64,000 bases of DNA, from positions 2,048,001 to 2,112,000 of the forward strand of contig OY821641.1 in assembly GCA_963555995.3 (NCBI GenBank), read 5' to 3'. Shown piece after piece: positions 29,220-38,671 of this stretch. Position 1 is the stretch's first letter; each line of letters begins with the position of its first letter. A program made the translations under genes and the position numbers. The DNA is from Vicinamibacteria bacterium (GTDB lineage Bacteria > Acidobacteriota > Vicinamibacteria > Marinacidobacterales > Marinacidobacteraceae). Under the pieces are notes generated by a model. That model saw only the letters and a list, made by a program, of their open reading frames with translations, made no database searches and was not told where the DNA came from.

Positions 29220-29344
29220 CGGTGCGAATCGCTACGCGATTCACTCCGCCGTTTTTCGTGGGGAGGGGAAACCCCTCCCCACACCCCACCCCTGCGGCGC
29301 TACGCGCCGCAAATGACTGCTCAAAGCTTCACGATCAGCTATTG

Positions 29345-30493
29345 ATGGACGACGGCACAGGACACGCGGAAGAGCGGCGAGGACCCCGTTCCGGGGACCC
29401 GCGGACGGCCGCCCTGGTCGTCCTCTCCGCGGCAGTCCTCCTCGGCGCCGCCTGCGGCGTCGTCTGGCTCCTCTACCGGTTCGTCGCCGCGTTCTCCCAC
29501 GTACTGCTCCCCCTCGCGGTGGGGGGGCTCGCGGCGCTGGTCTTCAAGCCTTGGTTCCACGCCTTCCGGTCGCGCTGCCGGCTGCCCGCCTGGGCGGCGC
29601 TCATCGCCGTCTACCTGTCCGTGGCGGTCGTCCTCACCGGTTTCGCGCTGGTCTTCGGACGCCTGCTCGCGACCCAGCTCGGCGACCTCGCCCAGCGGGC
29701 CCCGACGTTCCTGGAGAACGCCTACGCCTGGGTGGTCGCCGAGACCCCGGCCTTTGTGGACTTCTTCGAGAACCACCCGATGGGACAGCAGATCCGGGAC
29801 TTCGTCCTGAGCCAGCAGGCCACCCTCCTCCAGGGGCTCGCCCGGGTCGGGGAACAGGCGGTGGCGGCGAGCGCGGGCATCCTGCGCGGCGTCGGGACGC
29901 TGCTCTCGTGGGCGGTCCTGCCCCTCTACTTCGGGTTCTTCCTGCTCTGGGAGCCCCCGCCCACCGACCCCGCCCGGATGCTGCCGTTCCTGAAGCCGCG
30001 GACCCGCGACACGGTGGTCCGGCTCACCGGCGACTTCGTTTCGATCCTGATCGTCTTCTTCCGGGCCCAGCTCGTGGTGGCGTTCCTCCAGGGCCTGCTC
30101 GTCGCGATCGGGTTCACGGCGATCGGGCTCGACTACGGCTTCGTGATCGGCTTGGGACTGGGCATCCTGACCATCATCCCCTACCTGGGGACCGCCGTCG
30201 GGTTCGCCGTCGCGGTGCCGCTCGCCTGGGTCCAGCCGGACGGGGGCCTCACGCTCGCCGCGCTGGCCGCCGGGGTGCTCGTCGCGGTGCAGTTGATCGA
30301 GGGCTGGATCCTCACTCCCCGGATCATGGGCGACCAGACGGGGCTCCACTGGATGGCGATCATCGTCGCGCTCCTGTTCTGGGGAAGCGCGCTGGGCGGC
30401 CTCACCGGCACGCTGCTGGCGATCCCGCTGACCGCGTTCGCGGTATCGGCCTGGCGGCTCGTCCGGGAGCGCTACGTCGTCGAAGTCGTCTGA
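29345..30493 (+). CDS. AI-2E family transporter
   Basis: IIPYLG and QLIEGWILTPRIMG..TGLH..G.LLAIPL motifs. Confidence 0.9.
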   Translation: MDDGTGHAEERRGPRSGDPRTAALVVLSAAVLLGAACGVVWLLYRFVAAFSHVLLPLAVGGLAALVFKPWFHAFRSRCRLPAWAALIAVYLSVAVVLTGFALVFGRLLATQLGDLAQRAPTFLENAYAWVVAETPAFVDFFENHPMGQQIRDFVLSQQATLLQGLARVGEQAVAASAGILRGVGTLLSWAVLPLYFGFFLLWEPPPTDPARMLPFLKPRTRDTVVRLTGDFVSILIVFFRAQLVVAFLQGLLVAIGFTAIGLDYGFVIGLGLGILTIIPYLGTAVGFAVAVPLAWVQPDGGLTLAALAAGVLVAVQLIEGWILTPRIMGDQTGLHWMAIIVALLFWGSALGGLTGTLLAIPLTAFAVSAWRLVRERYVVEVV

Positions 30494-30524
30494 CGCCGGC
30501 CACCCGCCAACGGCCGAACGGCTT

Positions 30525-30678
30525 GGAACGCCGGCTTCAGCCGGCACAGCCCGCCGCAGGCGGGCGGCGGGACGGACCTCATCGTGGAGATGGGCTACCG
30601 CCCGGAACATCCGGCAACACGGCGATTCGCCGTTCCGCTGCGCTCCGCGCAGCGGGTGCCGGCTGAAGCCGGCGTTCC
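30525..30678. repeat. REPIN-like element B1 (inverted REP-B pair) between convergent genes
   Basis: ggaacgccggcttcagccggca ... tgccggctgaagccggcgttcc. Confidence 0.88.
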
Positions 30679-30689
30679 AAGCCGGTGCG

Positions 30690-32033
30690 CTACCCGAGCA
30701 CCTCTTCGAGGGCGCCGGCGACCGCGTCGGCGATCTGGGCGAGGTCGGCGGACGTCGAGCACACCGGGGGCGCGCAGACGAACACGTCGCCGCGGAGCCG
30801 GCTGAAGACCCCGCGCTCGTCGATCGCCTTCAGGAGGCGCGGCCCCACCTTCTCGGACGCCGGGAAGAGTTCTCGCGTCCCGCGGTCGGCCACCACCTCG
30901 ACGGCGGCCATCAGCCCCTTGCCGCGCACCTCGCCGACGTTCGGGTGGCCGCCGCAGGCCTGTTCGAGGTTGCGGATCAGCTCGGCCCCCTTCTCGCCTG
31001 CCATCTCGACAAGCCCCTCCTCGCGGATGATGCGGAGGTTCTCCAGCGCGACGGCGCAGGAGACCGGGTGGGCGCTGTAGGTGTAGGCGTGCATCCAGAT
31101 GGGATCGCCCTCGTCGAGGGTCGCCGCCACCCGGTCGGAAAGACCGATCCCGCCGAGCGGGATGTGCCCCGAGGTGATGGCCTTCGCGAACTGCATGATG
31201 TCGGGCTCGATCCCCCAGTGGTTGAGCCCGAACATCGTGCCCGTGCGGCCGAATCCGGTGATGACCTCATCCGACACGAGCAGGACGTCGTAGCGGTCGC
31301 AGATCTCGCGGATCCGGGGGAAGTAGTCGTCGGTGGGGACGATCACCCCGCCCGCGCCCTGGACCGGCTCGGCGATGAACATCGCGACGGTGTCGGGCCC
31401 CTCTTCGAGGATCGCCGTCTCCAGCTCGTCGGCGGCGGCCTCGCCCCGGGTCTTCCCCGGCGGCGGGTCGTAGAAGTAGGGGTACGGGGAGCTGATGTGC
31501 CGGAAACCCGGCATCCGGGGCTCGAACATGGGCCAGTAGACGCTCATTCCGGTGGCGCACATGGCCGCGAGGGTCACGCCGTGGTAGCCCCAGATGCGGG
31601 AGATGACCTTGGTCTTCTCCGGCTTGCCGCGGACCTTCCAGAAGTAGCGGGCGGTCTTGATGCTCGAGTCGGTGGACTCGCCCCCGCCCGAGGTCAGGAA
31701 GAACCGGTTGATGCTCGGGTAGGCCATCTCCGCCAGCGTCTCGGCGAGCTCGATGGCCTGCGCGTTGGAGCTCCCCGCGTATCCGGAGGCGTACGCGAGC
31801 TGCCGCATCTGGCGGGCCGCCGCCTCGGCAAGCTCCGTCCGTCCGTGCCCGATGAAGACGTTCCAGAGGCCGGAGAGGGCGTCCACGTAGTCACGGCCGT
31901 CGGCGTCGAAGAGCCGGGCGCCCTCACCGCGCACCCAGACGTGGCCGGCGGCGGTCGCCGCGCCCGAGTGGACCGGATGGATCAGGTGTTCGGCATCCCG
32001 TTCGAGGAGCGCCGACTTGCTGGTTTCGGACAT
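30690..32033 (-). CDS. Class III PLP-dependent aminotransferase
   Basis: GYHGVT, EPVQGAGG, DEVITGFGRTG, FAKAITSG motifs. Confidence 0.92.
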   Translation of the reverse strand: MSETSKSALLERDAEHLIHPVHSGAATAAGHVWVRGEGARLFDADGRDYVDALSGLWNVFIGHGRTELAEAAARQMRQLAYASGYAGSSNAQAIELAETLAEMAYPSINRFFLTSGGGESTDSSIKTARYFWKVRGKPEKTKVISRIWGYHGVTLAAMCATGMSVYWPMFEPRMPGFRHISSPYPYFYDPPPGKTRGEAAADELETAILEEGPDTVAMFIAEPVQGAGGVIVPTDDYFPRIREICDRYDVLLVSDEVITGFGRTGTMFGLNHWGIEPDIMQFAKAITSGHIPLGGIGLSDRVAATLDEGDPIWMHAYTYSAHPVSCAVALENLRIIREEGLVEMAGEKGAELIRNLEQACGGHPNVGEVRGKGLMAAVEVVADRGTRELFPASEKVGPRLLKAIDERGVFSRLRGDVFVCAPPVCSTSADLAQIADAVAGALEEVLG

Positions 32034-32079
32034 TGGCTTTCCCTTCGGTGTCTGGTTCGGGTTCCCCGGCGGACGCGCT

Positions 32080-33015
32080 TCAGCGGCCGGCGGCCTGGTG
32101 GCCGACGGCGAGCGCCTCCGGAGACGTCACGATGAAAACGCGGAACCCCTGCTCGATCCGCATGGCGATGTCATCCGGGCCCGCGGTGATGCCGCAGGGG
32201 ACGCCGGCCTCGAGGCAGGCGGCCAGGACGGCCTGGATCGCTCCTTCCACCGCCTCCATATCGCCGTCGTAGGCGCGCCGCAGGTCGCCGGGGCCCGGCG
32301 AGACGATGCTGATCCCGGGAACGCTCGTGATCTCGAGCGCGTTCTCGATGCCGATCCGGTCTTCGATGAGCAGCATGCTGACGAGTTCTCCGCCGGGGTC
32401 GAGCGGCCACACGCCGGCCCGCGCCGCGTAGTCCTCCGGCGAGACTCCGAAGACCCGCGCCGCCTCGGGGTCCGCGTCCCCGCGGAGCCCGCCGGCGCCC
32501 GCCGGGCTCATCGAGGCCACCGCGTGCCGGGCTTCGTCAGCGGTCTCGACGTGCGGGAAGACGATCCCGTAGGCCCCGGCGTCGAGCCCGGCCGCCGTCC
32601 GCTCGGCGGCCTCGTCCATCCCGTCGCGGATCGGAGGAATCCGCAGCAGGACCGGGTGTGGATTGGCGGACCCGCGCGCGTCCGGTGGCGATAGCGCCTC
32701 CTGGTACGCGGACATCGTCGGCAGATCGAAGGGCCCCCGTTCGAGGGAGTAGAAGATGAAGTCGGCCAGCTCCTGCTGCGCCATCTCCATCGCCGTTTCC
32801 GGAGTCCTTTCTCCCGAGAAGATCCCGAAGACCACCTGGCCGCCTTTGAGCAGCGAGGCGACCCGGTTCCACGACGGGCCCCCGTTCCCGGCCGCCTCGG
32901 GCTCGGCGGCCTCTTCTCCGGCTGGCGCCGCGTCGTCCGCCGGCGGGGACGCGCAGGCGGCGAGGCCCAGCAGGAACAGGGGGCCGGCAACGGCGAGGGA
33001 AACGGGAATCTTCAT
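32080..33015 (-). CDS. HpcH/HpaI aldolase family lipoprotein
   Basis: Lipobox LAAC. LDAGAYGIVFPHVET, LLIED..GIEN, GPGDL motifs. Confidence 0.78.
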   Translation of the reverse strand: MKIPVSLAVAGPLFLLGLAACASPPADDAAPAGEEAAEPEAAGNGGPSWNRVASLLKGGQVVFGIFSGERTPETAMEMAQQELADFIFYSLERGPFDLPTMSAYQEALSPPDARGSANPHPVLLRIPPIRDGMDEAAERTAAGLDAGAYGIVFPHVETADEARHAVASMSPAGAGGLRGDADPEAARVFGVSPEDYAARAGVWPLDPGGELVSMLLIEDRIGIENALEITSVPGISIVSPGPGDLRRAYDGDMEAVEGAIQAVLAACLEAGVPCGITAGPDDIAMRIEQGFRVFIVTSPEALAVGHQAAGR

Positions 33016-33163
33016 GGGACGGACGCTCCGCGGGGACGGGCTATCCTACCCGGTCGAAAGCGGCCCGCTCCGCTTCGCCAAAGTCCCCGGATCGCCCCCG
33101 GTGTCCACGGGTTCCCTCCCGCGGATTCCGGGGGCTGGCCGTTTTGCAAGAAGGAGAACTCCC

Positions 33164-33664
33164 ATGGCTTCCGTCACGCTCGGCGGCACCCCGTTCGCCA
33201 TCTCCGGCGACCTTCCCGCGGCCGGAGACGCCGCCCCCGATTTCACGCTGACCGGCGGCGATCTGGGTGACGTCTCGCTCGGCGACTACGCCGGGCAGCG
33301 GCTGGTCCTGAACGTCTTCCCGAGCGTGGACACGCCGGTATGCGCCGCTTCGGTCCGCCGCTTCAATCAGGAAGCCGCGGCGCGCGAGGGCGTGTCGGTC
33401 CTCTGCGTCTCGCGCGACCTGCCCTTCGCCCAGGGACGTTTCTGCGCCGCCGAGAACATCGAGGCGGTGAGCTGCGCCTCGGAGATGCGCGACGGCTCGT
33501 TCGGCGACGCCTACGGCCTCCGGATCACCGAGGGACCGCTGAACGGCCTGCTGGCGCGTGCGGTGGTCGTCGTGGACGGCGACGGCACGGTCCGCTATTC
33601 CCAGCTCGTTCCGGAGATCAAGGAAGAACCGGACTACGACGCGGCGCTGGCGGCCTGCAGCTGA
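33164..33664 (+). CDS. tpx: Thiol peroxidase
   Basis: PSVDTPVC, SRDLPFAQGRFC, EPDYDAAL motifs, with AAGGAG RBS. Confidence 0.95.
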   Translation: MASVTLGGTPFAISGDLPAAGDAAPDFTLTGGDLGDVSLGDYAGQRLVLNVFPSVDTPVCAASVRRFNQEAAAREGVSVLCVSRDLPFAQGRFCAAENIEAVSCASEMRDGSFGDAYGLRITEGPLNGLLARAVVVVDGDGTVRYSQLVPEIKEEPDYDAALAACS

Positions 33665-33812
33665 GGCTGCGGGTGCCCCGACCGCGGCGGGATTCCGGGC
33701 GGCCCCTGCGTGATAGAGTCGCGGATTCCTTGCATCTTCCCGCGCGTCCCGACCTGAGAAACCCGTCTCCCCCACGAAATTGACGGCTGCGCAGGAAGGG
33801 GGAGCCGACCTC

Positions 33813-34511
33813 ATGGACCCCCCCTCCGAGGAAGAACTGTCCGAGGACGAACCGTCACCGGAAGAACTGTCCGGCGAGGATGGAGACGACGGCGGCGTCC
33901 CCCCGGCCCCGGTTCCCGGCGTCTTCGAGCTGGGGGACTTCGTCTTCTATCCGCAGATCGGCCACTGCGACGTCGGGGAGGTGATCCATGACGCCCAGAC
34001 GGGTCTCGATCTCCTCGAACTGAACCCGCAGGACTCCTCGAGCGGGAACCGGATCCTGGTGCCGGTCGCGCAGGCGGCCAGCCGGGGCATCCGCCACGCC
34101 GGGGACTCGCCCGGAGTGATCGAGGAGGTCCTCGGTTCGGACTTCGAGCCGACCATCCACGACGTCACCAAGCGTCTGGACCTGATCACGGCTCAGGAGC
34201 GAGAAGGGACCGTGCGCAGTCTCGCCCTTGCTCTGAAACGCCTGCATTTTCGCCATGAGGAGAAGATCATCAGCCGGGAGGAGGAGAAGCGCCGCTCCCG
34301 CATCCGCAAGTGGCTGGTCGTGGAGTACATGACGGAGAAGGAGGGCACCGCCGGCCAGGCCCAATCGGCGATCACCCGGCTCTTGTCGGGGACGATGAAG
34401 GCAGTTCGGGAACGCCGAGTGGAAGATGCTCGGCGAGAGCGACAGCAGCAACGCGCCGAGCGGAAGGCCGCCGAAGCGGAGCGGAAAGCACGCCGCCGCG
34501 GCCGCAGTTAG
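33813..34511 (+). CDS. CarD/CdnL-like transcription regulator (divergent)
   Basis: FELGDFVFYPQIG...ILVPV..A...GIR resembles the CarD RNAP-interaction domain, followed by a helical C-domain. Confidence 0.65.
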   Translation: MDPPSEEELSEDEPSPEELSGEDGDDGGVPPAPVPGVFELGDFVFYPQIGHCDVGEVIHDAQTGLDLLELNPQDSSSGNRILVPVAQAASRGIRHAGDSPGVIEEVLGSDFEPTIHDVTKRLDLITAQEREGTVRSLALALKRLHFRHEEKIISREEEKRRSRIRKWLVVEYMTEKEGTAGQAQSAITRLLSGTMKAVRERRVEDARRERQQQRAERKAAEAERKARRRGRS

Positions 34512-34553
34512 CCGACCGCGGGACGCGCCACCGGAATAGCATCCGGTAGGACG

Positions 34554-36176
34554 ATGACCCGCCGTTCCCTCTTCGGACGCCCTCCCTCACTGCCGCCGCC
34601 GGTCCCGCCACCCGCGACGGAACCCCGGATCGAGACGGCTTCCGCCGCCCGTCCCGGGTCGGCCGCGTCCCCGTTCTCGATCCGGGAGGTCAGCGCCCGC
34701 ATCCGGGAGGTGCTGGAGGACGGCTTCCCACGGAGCTTCTGGATCGAAGGCGAACTCTCCCAGGTGGGCCGGCCGCAGAGCGGCCACCTCTACCTGTCCT
34801 TCCGCGAGGAACGGGTCGTCCTCGAGGCGGTGGCCTGGGCCAGCGATGCCCGGGGCTTCGCGTTCGTTCCCGAGCCGGGGGACCGGATCCGCGCCTTCGG
34901 GCGGCTGCGCACCTATGACGGCAAGAGCCTCTACCAGTTCCAGGTCCAGCGCCTCGAGAAGGCCGGGATGGGAGCGCTGCTGCAGGAACTCCAGGAACGG
35001 GAGGCGCGTCTCGAGCGCGAGGGGCTCTTCGATCCGGCGCGCAAGCGCGAACTGCCCTTCCTCCCGCTCCGGATCGGGCTGCTGACCGCCGCCGGCAGCG
35101 ATGCGTCGGTGGATTTCACGAAGACGGCCCGGATGCGGTTCCCCGGCGTCGGGATTCGGGAACACCACGCCCCGGTCCAGGGGCCCGGGGCGCCGGGGGC
35201 GCTGGCCGCCGGGATCCGGGCGCTGGGCCGCCAACCGCTCGACGTCATGGTGGTGGCCCGCGGCGGTGGTTCGGTGGAGGACCTCCTGCCCTTCAGCGAC
35301 GAGCTCGTGGTGCGCGCGGCCGCCGCCTGTCCGGTGCCGCTCGTGAGCGCGATCGGCCACGAGCAGAACCGTCCCCTCCTCGACCGCGTGGCGGACCTCC
35401 GCTCCAGCACGCCCTCGGCGGCCGCCCGCGACATCCTCCCCCTGCGGGAGGACCTGGTCCGCGAGGTCGAGGCGCGCCGGGGAGCGGCGGAGACCACCGT
35501 GCGGCGCGCCCTCAGGGCGGCGGAGGGCCGGGCGGCGGCGTTCCGGACCCACCGGGCGACCACGGCGCTGCCCGCGTGGCTCGAAGCGGAACGGCGGGGC
35601 CGGCAGCGCGACCGGTCCGCGGCGCTCGAAGCGGCCCGGAGCGGCATCCGCAGCCGGGAGGCCCGCCTGCGCGCTTCCCGGGAGCGGCTCGACCGGAACC
35701 ATCCGGCGCGGCGGCTCGCCGAACAGGCCACCCAGTTGCACCGGCTCCGGGCGCGCCTGGCCGGTTTGTCCCTGCTTCGCGGTCCGGAGGCGCGGCTCGA
35801 GACGGCCCGGCGCCGGATCTCTCCCGAACCGCTCTACCGGCTCGTCGAAGCGGAACGCGCCGCACTGGCCGGCCGCCGCGCCCAACAGGCCGCCGCGGTC
35901 CGGCGGTCGCTGGAGCGCCGCGCCTTCGTCTCCGGGGCGGCGGCCCGGAAGCTCGGAGACCTCGACCCGCGGGTCGTCCTGCGGCGCGGCTACAGCCTGG
36001 CGCTCGATGCGGAGGGACGCGCGCTCGCTTCCAGCCGCGGCGTGCGCGTGGGGGACCGCCTGCGGCTGCTGCTCGGCGAGGGGGAACTCGGCGCGGCGGT
36101 CGAGGAGGTGCGCCCGCCCGCGGACGCGACGAACCCGGCTTCCACGCGCCAGAATCCCGAAGGGAGTGAGTCATGA
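34554..36176 (+). CDS. xseA: Exodeoxyribonuclease VII large subunit
   Basis: SGHLYL, ARGGGSVEDL, SAIGHE, TPSAAA, LRRGYS motifs. Confidence 0.95.
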   Translation: MTRRSLFGRPPSLPPPVPPPATEPRIETASAARPGSAASPFSIREVSARIREVLEDGFPRSFWIEGELSQVGRPQSGHLYLSFREERVVLEAVAWASDARGFAFVPEPGDRIRAFGRLRTYDGKSLYQFQVQRLEKAGMGALLQELQEREARLEREGLFDPARKRELPFLPLRIGLLTAAGSDASVDFTKTARMRFPGVGIREHHAPVQGPGAPGALAAGIRALGRQPLDVMVVARGGGSVEDLLPFSDELVVRAAAACPVPLVSAIGHEQNRPLLDRVADLRSSTPSAAARDILPLREDLVREVEARRGAAETTVRRALRAAEGRAAAFRTHRATTALPAWLEAERRGRQRDRSAALEAARSGIRSREARLRASRERLDRNHPARRLAEQATQLHRLRARLAGLSLLRGPEARLETARRRISPEPLYRLVEAERAALAGRRAQQAAAVRRSLERRAFVSGAAARKLGDLDPRVVLRRGYSLALDAEGRALASSRGVRVGDRLRLLLGEGELGAAVEEVRPPADATNPASTRQNPEGSES

Positions 36177-36640
36177 GCGAACCCGGCGACCCCACCCCGC
36201 CACCCGAGGCGACCTTCGAGGCGCTGGAAGCCGAACTGGAGGCGGCGACGCGCCGGCTCGAGGACGCCTCCGTCCCGCTGGAGGAGCGCCTGGAGCTCCA
36301 CGCCCGCGCGGCCTCCATGCACCGGCGGCTCGAGGCCACCTTGGAAGCGGCGCGGAAGGCCACCGCCGAAACCGGCGCGGACGCGGCCTCCGGGAGCCGG
36401 CCCGGCGGCGAGGAGGCCGCCGAGCCGTACGAGAAGGTGCGGAACCGCTTGGCCGCGGTGGTGAGCGCGCTGGAGGCGGACGACCTGCCGCTGGCCCGCG
36501 TCATCGAGCTGCACCGGGAGGCGCAGCGCCTCGCGGCCCGCTGCGAGGCGATTCTCGACGGCGCCCAGGAAGCGGTGGCGCGGGCCGCGGTCGGGACGGG
36601 CGCCGGCGAAACGGATCCACATTCGGATGCCCCCGTCTGA
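36173..36640 (+). CDS. xseB: Exodeoxyribonuclease VII small subunit with two tandem XseB domains
   Basis: Lies between xseA and ispA. Two XseB-like repeats: TFEALEAELE...VPLEE and PYEKVRNRL...LPLAR...RCEAILDGAQ. Confidence 0.8.
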   Translation: MSEPGDPTPPPEATFEALEAELEAATRRLEDASVPLEERLELHARAASMHRRLEATLEAARKATAETGADAASGSRPGGEEAAEPYEKVRNRLAAVVSALEADDLPLARVIELHREAQRLAARCEAILDGAQEAVARAAVGTGAGETDPHSDAPV

Positions 36641-37574
36641 AGCCGTCCATCCCGCGACGTCAGCGGAAGTGGACCTCGGAGCGTTCCTCTCCGGCTGCGC
36701 CCGGGAGGTGAACGCGTTCCTCGACCGCGCGCTCCCCCCCGCGGCCGGCCCGGCCGTGACGCTCGCGAGCGCCATGCGCTACGCCGTGCTCGGCGGGGGC
36801 AAGCGCATCCGCCCGGCCCTCGCGATGGCGTCGGCGATCGCGGTCGGCGGCGAGCGGCGGGACGCCCTGCCCGCCGCCGGGGCGCTCGAAATGGTCCACA
36901 CCTACTCCCTGATCCACGACGACCTGCCGTGCATGGACGACGACGACCTGCGGCGGGGGCAGCCGACGGTGCACGTCCGCTACGGCGAGGCGGTCGCCAT
37001 CCTCGCGGGCGACGCCCTCCACACCCTGGCGTTCGAGACCATCGCCGGGAGCGACGCGCCGCCCGAAGTCCGGCTCGCATGCGTGGAGCGCCTCGCCGCG
37101 GCGGCCGGCCCCGCGGGCATGGTGGGCGGACAGGTGCTCGACATCGAAGCCGAGCGCCGGACTCCCGACGCCCGGGGTCTCGAGGCGATCCACCGCGGGA
37201 AGACCGGGGCGCTTATATCCGCGTCGCTCGCGCTGGGCGCGCTCGCCGGAGGGGGCAGCGTCCGGCAGGCGGACGCCCTCGCCGCCTTCGGCCGGGAGCT
37301 CGGGCTCGTCTTCCAGATCGTGGACGACCTGCTCGACGAGGAGGCGACGAGCGCCCGGCTCGGCAAGTCGGCCGGCAAGGACCGCGCCGCCGGGAAGGCC
37401 ACCTATCCCGCGATCCACGGGATCGAAGGCGCCCGCGCCGAGGCCTCCCGGCGGGCGGCGCTGGCCCGGGAACTCCTGGCCGCGGTGGGCAGGGAGCCCG
37501 GTCCGCCCGTACATTCCGCCGGAATGCGCCTCCTGGACGCGCTCACCGGCCGCATCCTCCATCGGAAGAGCTGA
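36627..37574 (+). CDS. ispA: Farnesyl/geranylgeranyl diphosphate synthase
   Basis: GGKRIRP, SLIHDDLPCMDDDDLRRG, FQIVDDLLD, GKATYP motifs. Confidence 0.93.
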   Translation: MPPSEAVHPATSAEVDLGAFLSGCAREVNAFLDRALPPAAGPAVTLASAMRYAVLGGGKRIRPALAMASAIAVGGERRDALPAAGALEMVHTYSLIHDDLPCMDDDDLRRGQPTVHVRYGEAVAILAGDALHTLAFETIAGSDAPPEVRLACVERLAAAAGPAGMVGGQVLDIEAERRTPDARGLEAIHRGKTGALISASLALGALAGGGSVRQADALAAFGRELGLVFQIVDDLLDEEATSARLGKSAGKDRAAGKATYPAIHGIEGARAEASRRAALARELLAAVGREPGPPVHSAGMRLLDALTGRILHRKS

Positions 37575-38572
37575 TGTCCCGAAACAGCCCCGCCCGCAGG
37601 AGCGCCCGCCCCCGCCGCGGGGCGCCGGTATCGAACGCCCGGCGCTTCGTCCCTCCCGAGGGGGGGGGTCTCCGGGTGGGGATCGCGGCCAAGATCGCCG
37701 CGCCCGAGGCGCCCGCCACCACCCGCGGGCTGGCCGGCTGGCTCGAGAGGCGGGGCGCCGTCGTCGCTCTCGAGGAGAAACTCGCCGAGGCGATCGCCTG
37801 GGGCGGGGCCTCGGCGCCCTTCGAGGTGATCGGGCGCGACCGGGACCTGGTGCTGGTCCTCGGGGGCGACGGCACGCTGCTGTCGGTCGCCCGCGCGATG
37901 GGCGAACGGCAGGTCCCCATCTTCGGGGTGAACCTGGGGAGCCTCGGCTTCCTCACCAACGCTCCGCTCGACCAGCTCTACCCGGAGCTCGAGAAGATCC
38001 TCGCCGGCGAGGGGGTGGTGGACGAGCGGACCACGCTCCGGACCGCGCTCCTCCGCGACGGCGAGACTCTGGTCGAGGAGATGTCGGTGAACGACGTGGT
38101 GATCACCGGCAGCTCCATCGCCCGGGTGATCGAGGTGCGGATCACCACCGCGCACGGCTTCGTCGCCACGGTGCTCGGCGACGGTGTCATCGTCGCCACC
38201 CCCACCGGGTCCACCGCCTACAACGTCGGCGCCGGCGGACCGGTGGTCCACCCGGCGGTCGAGGCGATCGTCCTCGCCCCCATCGTGCCGCTGACCCTGA
38301 CCCAGCGGCCGGTCGTCTTCCCGGACACCGAGGACCTGACCCTGACCCTCCGGGGGCGCCGCCGCCAGGTGCACGTGACCTTCGACGGCCAGGCGAGCCA
38401 TCCGCTGCTCCCCGGGGACGTGCTCAAGGTCCGGAAGTCGGACATCCGGGTCCAGCTCCTCAGCCTGCCGGAGACCAACTACTTCCGGGTGCTGCGCAAG
38501 AAGCTCCTCTGGAGCGCCCTGCCCCCCAAACGCGCCCGCGCGACGATCCCCGAACCACCCGATCCCACCTGA
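37574..38572 (+). CDS. nadK: NAD(+) kinase
   Basis: LGGDGT, NLGSLGFL, GDGVIVATPTGSTAY motifs. Exact start uncertain. Confidence 0.93.
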   Translation: MSRNSPARRSARPRRGAPVSNARRFVPPEGGGLRVGIAAKIAAPEAPATTRGLAGWLERRGAVVALEEKLAEAIAWGGASAPFEVIGRDRDLVLVLGGDGTLLSVARAMGERQVPIFGVNLGSLGFLTNAPLDQLYPELEKILAGEGVVDERTTLRTALLRDGETLVEEMSVNDVVITGSSIARVIEVRITTAHGFVATVLGDGVIVATPTGSTAYNVGAGGPVVHPAVEAIVLAPIVPLTLTQRPVVFPDTEDLTLTLRGRRRQVHVTFDGQASHPLLPGDVLKVRKSDIRVQLLSLPETNYFRVLRKKLLWSALPPKRARATIPEPPDPT

Positions 38573-38610
38573 CGCCGGCGTCCCAGGCCGTACGCGTCGT
38601 TCGGGCGAGC

Positions 38611-38671
38611 AGCGATTCGCGGTTCCGCGGCGCTCCGCGCCGCGGGTGCCGGTCTGAAGACCGGCGCTCCC
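38611..38671 (-). repeat. REP type A carrying the inner flank of element B1
   Basis: gcgattcgcggttccgcggcgctccgcgccgcgggtgccggtctgaagaccggcgctccc. Confidence 0.8.
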
